In this document: positions 63,494-64,000 of the stretch, piece after piece
Layout of the letters: the number at the start of each line of letters is the position of its first letter
How positions within the stretch are numbered: the first letter of the stretch is position 1
Assembly (NCBI RefSeq): GCF_001194135.2
Contig: NC_068987.1
Span: 14,155,663 to 14,219,662 of the forward strand
Direction: 5' to 3'
DNA from: Octopus bimaculoides
Lineage: Eukaryota
DNA length: 64,000 bases
Notes under the pieces: model-generated
The model's input: only the letters and a program-made list of their open reading frames with translations
Told to the model about the DNA's origin: nothing
Database searches by the model: none
Position numbers and translations under genes: made by a program

Positions 63494-64000
63494 CTTCAGT
63501 CTGAACATTGTAAATGAAATAGTGTAGAAGTATGTCGCATGGATTGTACCTAGTTCAAAGACTCAATTTTGTGAGATTGATTCTGTCTGATAATTATGTT
63601 AAGAGTACCCGTGTCTTTTGAATACTCAACAACTAACATGTTCATTTAACGAGTGGTCACATCAGTTGATTGAACAACCACTGAATGCTCATCGTCGAAA
63701 TTGACGGAGAATCCTTCACGGTTATATGTTAGGTTTATTCTCAACGTATCAAATCTCCGACTCGGGGTTCCGCTTCGCAACTAGTAACGCTCTATTTACG
63801 GTCAATTTTTACCAACTCGTCCCCACGCTTTTCACTAAACAATAGGCACCCCTAAAACATTTTAGGGGTAAGCATAATACCGTTTCAAGACATGGGCACA
63901 CAGGGCAGTTGCTCAGGGCCTCACATGTCTAAGGGTCCAATTCTGATCTATTTATGCTTTGTTTACTCAGTATATATTATAGGGCCTGTAATGTTGTTAA

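Overview
AT-rich, repeat-dense animal genomic DNA with several N gaps. The SINE, RTE-tail and microsatellite content points to a cephalopod, probably Octopus (inference from recalled repeat families). Three spliced genes can be supported: (1) TMEM263 on the minus strand, exons 34880-34921, 16120-16213 and 4157-4362, about 113 aa; (2) a head-to-head plus-strand gene of 7 exons (35761-54377, about 301 aa) encoding a DUF1057-like alpha/beta-hydrolase fold whose nucleophile elbow reads GHGTG instead of GHSxG, so probably a pseudoenzyme; (3) coding exon 1 of glycogen branching enzyme GBE1 (61994-62100), with an ERR/NR5A-type element upstream. The rest is transposon-derived: tRNA-derived SINEs, RTE LINE pieces (one young family with a PHD finger inside ORF2), hAT, mariner and TTAA MITEs, Helitron relics, a solo LTR and a decayed Penelope ORF. 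Two unexpected patterns stand out. First, at least four unrelated short elements carry type I minimal hammerhead-ribozyme folds with variant cores, two of them with long inverted duplications. Second, two different fold-back MITEs carry TTAGGG telomeric repeats, one with a perfect 9-bp TSD and chromosome-end-like repeat polarity. All calls were made by eye; no database search or folding program was run.
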